Shown here one piece after another: positions 58,051 to 64,000 of a stretch of 64,000 nucleotides of DNA. Within the stretch, counting starts at the first letter, position 1, and the number at the start of each line of letters is the position of its first letter. This stretch comes from Chrysomallon squamiferum (taxonomy: Eukaryota; Animalia; Mollusca): assembly GCA_012295275.1 (NCBI GenBank), contig CM022674.1, forward strand, positions 16,120,001-16,184,000. Reading direction: 5' to 3'. The translations under genes were made by a program, and so were the position numbers. The notes below the pieces were generated by a model. That model made no database searches. It saw only the letters and a list, made by a program, of their open reading frames with translations, and was not told the origin of the DNA.

Positions 58051-60335
58051 TTTTTATTTTTTTTTTTTTTTTTTTATTTTTTTTTTTTTTTAAAGATTTT
58101 CACCCCTCTCCAGTTTGTATAGAGTATATAACTGAAATAAAGATCACTCTTGTTTAATCTTGATTGTCTACTGCTAAGTGCATTTCATTCTGTTACAAGC
58201 TTTTTGTTGTTTTTTTTTTGGTTTACTTTCTTTGTATTGCTTTTTTAATAGTTTGCTTTGAAAGAAAACAGAGATGAAATAAATATTCCAAATTTGCTTA
58301 TTTCAGTCTCGTATAACAATATTTTGAAAGTAGTTAAGAAAGTAAACGGACAAAGAAAATTAATATTCCTGACTATTAGTGCCCTATAAACTGAAGTTTA
58401 TATTATTTAATGTAGGACAGAAATCCCTTTGTTTTCCCAGGCAATCCTTGAAAAGGTGCCCCATATATTTATAAGCCTACCTGTGTATATTTAACCTGGT
58501 CACTTTGAACAACAAAATCACACACACACGGGAAATAACAGGTTACTGCATTTTTATATCTGAAAAGATAAAAATGCTGAACTGCACTGAGACATTCAAC
58601 ATTGAGCCTGACGAGGATAAAGTAGATATGATAAGACAGTAACGTTATTTCATTTTATGTGCAATCCTAAATATCACAAACAATACATTTTGTTCGCGTT
58701 GTAAATGAAATAATTTTTAATTTTTTTAAAGATAATGTATTGTTTTATTAAATGTTTTAAATAATGATTTTCCAAGACCTGAACCAGCAGCAACTGTGAA
58801 CGCTGTATGTAAATACATAATTTGTCAAAGTAAACACACATCTTTCATGAAAAGCTATATTATTTTCGGTCAGTGCCTAAAAACAAATTTATGAAAGTCA
58901 TCACATCTTGCCTATATGTCCTTTCAAAATTCTTTGTAATTCTGACATTGGAGCTCAACTAAATTTGGTGTTATAATGGGTTGGGTGATAAAAATGGACA
59001 CCAGCTTTTGACCGCTCAGTAGTCTTAGAGAACAACAAAAAAGTAAGCTGAGTTGAGAACATGTTTAATTTGAGAGTTTCTTAACAAGCATTAAGAAATT
59101 GAATTAATAACAACAACACTAATAATAATAATTGTAGGTTCACACATCTGTATTTTATCTTTCTATGTCTTAATTAAATTGTAATACAACATGCGTGTAC
59201 ATAAACTAGATGACCCTGTACTAAAACAGTAGACACAGGTGAATTGTCTTTCTAGATAGCTATTTGGATTTTCTCGCTATCTAGGTATCTTGATTTTTTT
59301 GCACTAAAAGGTTAAATTATTTCATCAGGAAAATTAAATCTATCAACTATTTTCATAAATAAAAAACAACATTCCAAGATTTCATCCTGTCTCTTCTAAT
59401 TATAACTCTTTCTGTTTTTGAGATTTTGGTTGTTGTTGTGGTTGTTTTAGAAAATAAAATGTTTTTTGTTCTATTAAATTTCTTTTATTTTATTTTGTAA
59501 ATGAAAATTAGCACATACTTTAATAATTTGAAAACATATATATGTTTTGTGTTATTTTATTGGCAGGACTGAACAGTTATATGATCATTTACAACCACTG
59601 GTTTAACATACAGTAGTAATAATCTAAAGATGGGATACATTGAATTATAAATAAATAATTGTTTTGAGGGTAATAGATCGATGTACATAGGTAATTCTGC
59701 AATGCGTGTTAAACAACAGCAAATGGAGGTGATGAGAAATTCAGTAAATTATTTAAAAAAGAGAATTTATATATCTGTGGTTAATCTTAAATTTATGTCC
59801 TCAAATGACAGCAGATGTTCACTCAATGTTTTATTAGGAATTTCTGTTATCACCATGTTCATCTATGAAATGGTTATATATCCACGTTCAGGTGTCAAAC
59901 TTGTGAAATCAGCTAATATTTTCTACAGAGGTAAATATGCTATCTCAACAACTTGTGTACATATAAAACTATCATGTGACTGAAACAAGTCTGGTATATT
60001 ACAAAATCACTAGTAAATAGAGCTGATCTGTTTTTTTAAAAGTGTGACTTTTTGTTTTTATTGTATTAGATTTGGTTCATAACATTTTATTTTGTAAATT
60101 AACCACATCCATCTACATTGATAATAAATAAATAAATAAATAAAATTATATTTTAAGCATCAGTTTCAAGTGTGTTAATGATTTTTGATACTGATTTTTG
60201 AAAAAATGGCAGTTATAACAGATTTATTTTTAATTTTAGTATTTTGTTCCTCTTGGTGCTTAATTCTTCTTTTTTATTTTTGTTTTTACTTTTTTTTTAA
60301 TATTTTGGGTAAATGGCAGCAATTCTTTCATTACA

Positions 60336-60377
<42 letters not shown>

Positions 60378-61316
60378 GTCTTACTTGACAATATTATTTT
60401 ATGAAGCAAGGTAAATCAGTGTGTAAGTTTTATATTGTTCTATTAACAGGACAGAAGAGTTGTATGGTCAGTTATAGACAACTGGTTTAACATACAGCAG
60501 CTAATGTCTAAAGATGGGTTAAACTGAATTGTAAGTAAGTAAATGTTTTGTTTGTTTATAATTAGTTACATTAACATTTAATGTTATAAGTGTGCAATGT
60601 ACAGTACAATACAGATAAAACTTTACTTGTCAAAGCCAGTCTCGGGTTAGGTCCAGGTTTTATTAAAAAGTAACTTTTCATTCTTGTTGTAGTTTGTTAG
60701 TTATAATTATTTCTGTAACAGTTTTCAACCTTTACATAAAATATATTACACTGACTTCAATAAGCAAATTTCATATTTGTCTCTGATACCAGAAACAGTT
60801 AATAATGAATAAAATTATTTTTTACCTTAGTTACCTAATGTTTCCTTTGTTGCTATTTATTTATTTATTTATCTACATTTCAAAAATGAAGTAACAGGCC
60901 TTACTGAACAGTTTGTAAGTGGAAACTCTGATCAGTGTTTTTTTTTTTTTTTCGAAGATAACAAAATGACTGTCACTTAATTCATTTAAGAAAGAAAATA
61001 AGTTGATATGTTTTCAGTCACTGAATATTCTTTGCTTTCTTCAAATATTTAATCAGTTGTCTGCAAGTTTTGTGTAATGAAGTAACCCCAGTTAGGTGAC
61101 ACTAACTTTAATGCAAACATTTTGAGGCATAAATACAGCAGTTTTTACCCCTTTTGTCTTGACATAGTCAAGAAAATATTTGTTTCCAGTGCAGCTGTGT
61201 GTTTGTGTATATATATCTTCAATCTGATATAAATCATTATACTTAGTGTAGAAAAACTATCATTCAGTAATCTATTAAATAATTTAAAAACCTAATAGGA
61301 TAATGACTATTATTAT

Positions 61317-61355
<39 letters not shown>

Positions 61356-61919
61356 ATTTACATTTAATATTTAAGTGAAGGAATACATGTTCAAACACAA
61401 TCATAGGTTATTATAATTACTCTAGAATCATGTGTAACTGCATGAAATTACTTTAAAACATTTATTTTATTTTCTATTTTTTTTACAAATACATGTATAT
61501 ATCTGGTGTGAAGAAATCATCTTTAAAAATTAATAGTAAATAAAGAAAGTCTTTGTACATAGTATGATAATGGTTGAACACTGTTCTATTCACAGATGTC
61601 ACTACTGTATTGGTGGTGTATTAAGATGACAGTTTCAAACACTGCACAGATGAAATATGTTTGTAAATTAACATGAAATCATTCCGTGATCAAGGTTTGG
61701 AATGAAGAATGTAGCAGATTATTGAAAAATGAAGTCTACAATTTCTCAAAGTATGTTTATATACAAAGAGACACAATACTGAAGAATAATCATACAATAT
61801 TTATTTAATAGATATAACAGTTTTGTCACCCTGATATAAAGTATCAGACATGTTCATACTGACTTATTCCAAAAATTCAAATTTTAAGAATGTTTTGTAT
61901 ATTACTAAGGAAGAGTTAC

Positions 61920-62130
61920 AGCATTGGTAGCATGTAGAGTGTTGAGGTCACTAATGGACTCATGTCTGTAATTGTTGTCAAACCGATGTCCTGTAGGTTT
62001 GAGCCATAACTGTTGAATGAACTCTTATTTTGTGTCATCTTTGTGTTTATGATGTTCACCATTGTGCCAAGTTGACACTGAATGAGAGATGTGCTAAACA
62101 AAGGAGTTGAAAATGTGATATTTGAGCTTG
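61920..62130 (-). CDS. Possible Ser/Thr-rich exon
   Basis: Pyrimidine tract plus ctgcAG acceptor at 62132-62131, open frame ASSNITFSTPLFSTSL..TTITDMSPLVTSTL, GTAACT donor at 61919. No recognisable family. Confidence 0.25.
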
Positions 62131-62817
62131 CTGCAGTTAAGAAAAACAAGAAAACATCATACACCGGCCTTTCACAGTGAAATCAGTTGTAACTGTCATT
62201 CAGAAACATAGAACATCATTCTGTTGTCAGTCATCACAACTTTGTACTTACTTGTCACATTTTAACTCATTATGTTCAGGTGTATATTGGTAATATTTTA
62301 ATTTGTATTGTTTATATAAAATAATTTAGTACAGTTGAAAAGACTAAGAACATTACTTATTAGAAATGTTCATGTTATAGTTATATTTGTATTGTTTATA
62401 CAATTTAGTAATAGGTCTGACAAAACTAAGATAGGAATTGATTATAATATTATTAATATGATGCCTCAGACATATCTGAATCCTGAACTATCTGAACTGA
62501 CGTAGCTGAGACAGTTCTGCGTATTTTAAAATTAAACACTATTACTCACAGATTATCTTTCTGACTTTCCGTTCTGTTTGCAGACTGATGTTGGTATGTG
62601 TTTACAGTTTGAAAAATGCACTAAATGGAAAGTTGATATCATGAAACCTGAATTAATACATTTAATGGCAATGCAGTAATTTTTATGGACTTTTGTTACA
62701 GTGCACTGGTTGTGTCATTTACAGTGATTTCTGACATGTGTTATGTTGATTTTTGTCATGTATATTTGTAATGTTTATAAAAAATTGGAATAGCACTTAT
62801 AAATCTGTGTTTTTCAG

Positions 62818-62937
62818 GTTGACTACTCGACAAAGCAGCAGAACAGCTGAGAAACACAGGAACCCAGAGCCAGAACCTGTCCCAGTCAGCCCATCACCAC
62901 CCCCTAAAAAGATGAAAAAGAACAAATCCAAAATGAG
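62818..62937 (+). CDS. Orphan internal exon of a probable nuclear protein
   Basis: ttttcAG acceptor and AG|GTAAGA donor; 120 nt, phase 2-2, GC-richer than flanks. Encodes LTTRQSSRTAEKHRNPEPEPVPVSPSPPPKKMKKNKSKM with a PPKKMK NLS-like motif. Confidence 0.65.
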
Positions 62938-63090
62938 GTAAGACTAATTAATTAGAACTGTGTTTTTAGGTAACGGTATTGTGAAATTGTGTTTTCTTGA
63001 GTATTTCTAAATAACATGATCAAACACTATTTAAAAAAATTAGTAGATTTATTTTAGCTTTTTCTCCATATGACTTCCCATTCTGTAAGC

Positions 63091-63466
63091 CAGAGGTGTC
63101 CAATACTTCGATTGTGATCGACTGGTCGATGGCCAATGTAATGCGGGTAGATCGCACAGCATTCACTGCAAGTCATCAAAGTGACATAAACATATTCAGT
63201 TGTATTGTGCTATAACGATTCATGCAGTGATGCAAAGTGTGCCAATATATAATTTATATATAAATATATTTAGTACGTATTTAAACATCCCTCGAAATAA
63301 GGATCGTGTCTAGTAACCAACCCATTTAGAAGTTACTGTTTTGTGGTAAGTTTATCAAGTTTACGATTCCCATTATTATTTTTGTGAAATCCCTAACATA
63401 CATGCATGGCGAACAGTATAATATATTTGTAATTTATACACATCACTGTTCTCATTGTATTAATAC

Positions 63467-63503
<37 letters not shown>

Positions 63504-64000
63504 TGTAGTGTACTGCATTTAATGAATAAACAATACAATAAAACAAATTATGACAATTTGTTTTGTTTTTATTGTTTTACTAAACTGAACAAACAATACT
63601 GATATGAGAATCTCAATGATGAACTTTGTTTCAGTTAGCATTTCGAGATGACACTGTCCTCAGTGTCTGAAGTATCAACTGTTTCATTTCGAGCATCATT
63701 CAAGTCCTCTAGATCTGATGTTGTAGCAAGAAAGTTCTCTACACACATTAGTTCATTGCAGGTTATTTTTATTACATCTGAAGAGGGCACAGGTGTCTTT
63801 TGAGTCTGACAATGAGTCTACAGTCAGGTTGTATATTGTACAAGATGCTGTTCTTTTTCTTCGTTTTATATCATTTGTATACTAGGAAACAGCTTTGTCT
63901 GTAAGTTTTTGTTCATATCAAGGGTGACAGCTTATAAGTGCAGGCAGGTTAACTATCACCAGCAAATCATCCAGTGTAGAATTGGACATGTTCAACCTGG
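63091..64000 (-). mobile_element. hAT-superfamily element end and decayed transposase C-terminus, running off the window
   Basis: CAGAGGTGTCCAA terminus at 63091, preceded by the 8-mer CTGTAAGC (nnnTAnnn). The minus strand from 64000 reads RLNMSNSTLDDLLVIVNLP..*..DKAVS*YTNDIKRRKR, resembling the end of the hAT dimerisation domain, with stop codons. Confidence 0.6.

Overview
AT-rich, microsatellite-dense eukaryotic DNA with spliceosomal GT-AG introns. It is an invertebrate metazoan, probably a lophotrochozoan such as a mollusc (inference from composition, TTAGGG-type repeats and gene families). Most listed ORFs are microsatellite artefacts, so the real genes were assembled by hand from exons. 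Left part, minus strand: three phase-1 Ig-domain exons of a nephrin/hemicentin-like gene, one frameshifted (2124-3898); a 40-bp satellite; a truncated PCSK7-like proprotein convertase that keeps signal peptide, prodomain and RQKR site but loses the catalytic domain (7255-8333); a signal-peptide exon with two KR sites (11334-11547). Middle, plus strand: a Ginger/KRBA2-type transposase relic and a ~13-exon single-pass receptor kinase (24040-34605). The kinase has a mannose-6-phosphate-receptor/ATG27-like ectodomain, an intact TKL/TK-like catalytic domain and a six-cysteine activation loop; it is the best candidate for an undescribed system, although its ectodomain splicing is unresolved. Right part: a pogo/Tc2-like MITE, a ~20-kb complex tandem array whose unit looks like an amplified promoter plus first-exon cassette interrupted by telomere-like blocks, local duplications, an orphan NLS exon and a hAT element end. 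All family assignments come from motif recognition by eye; no database search was run.
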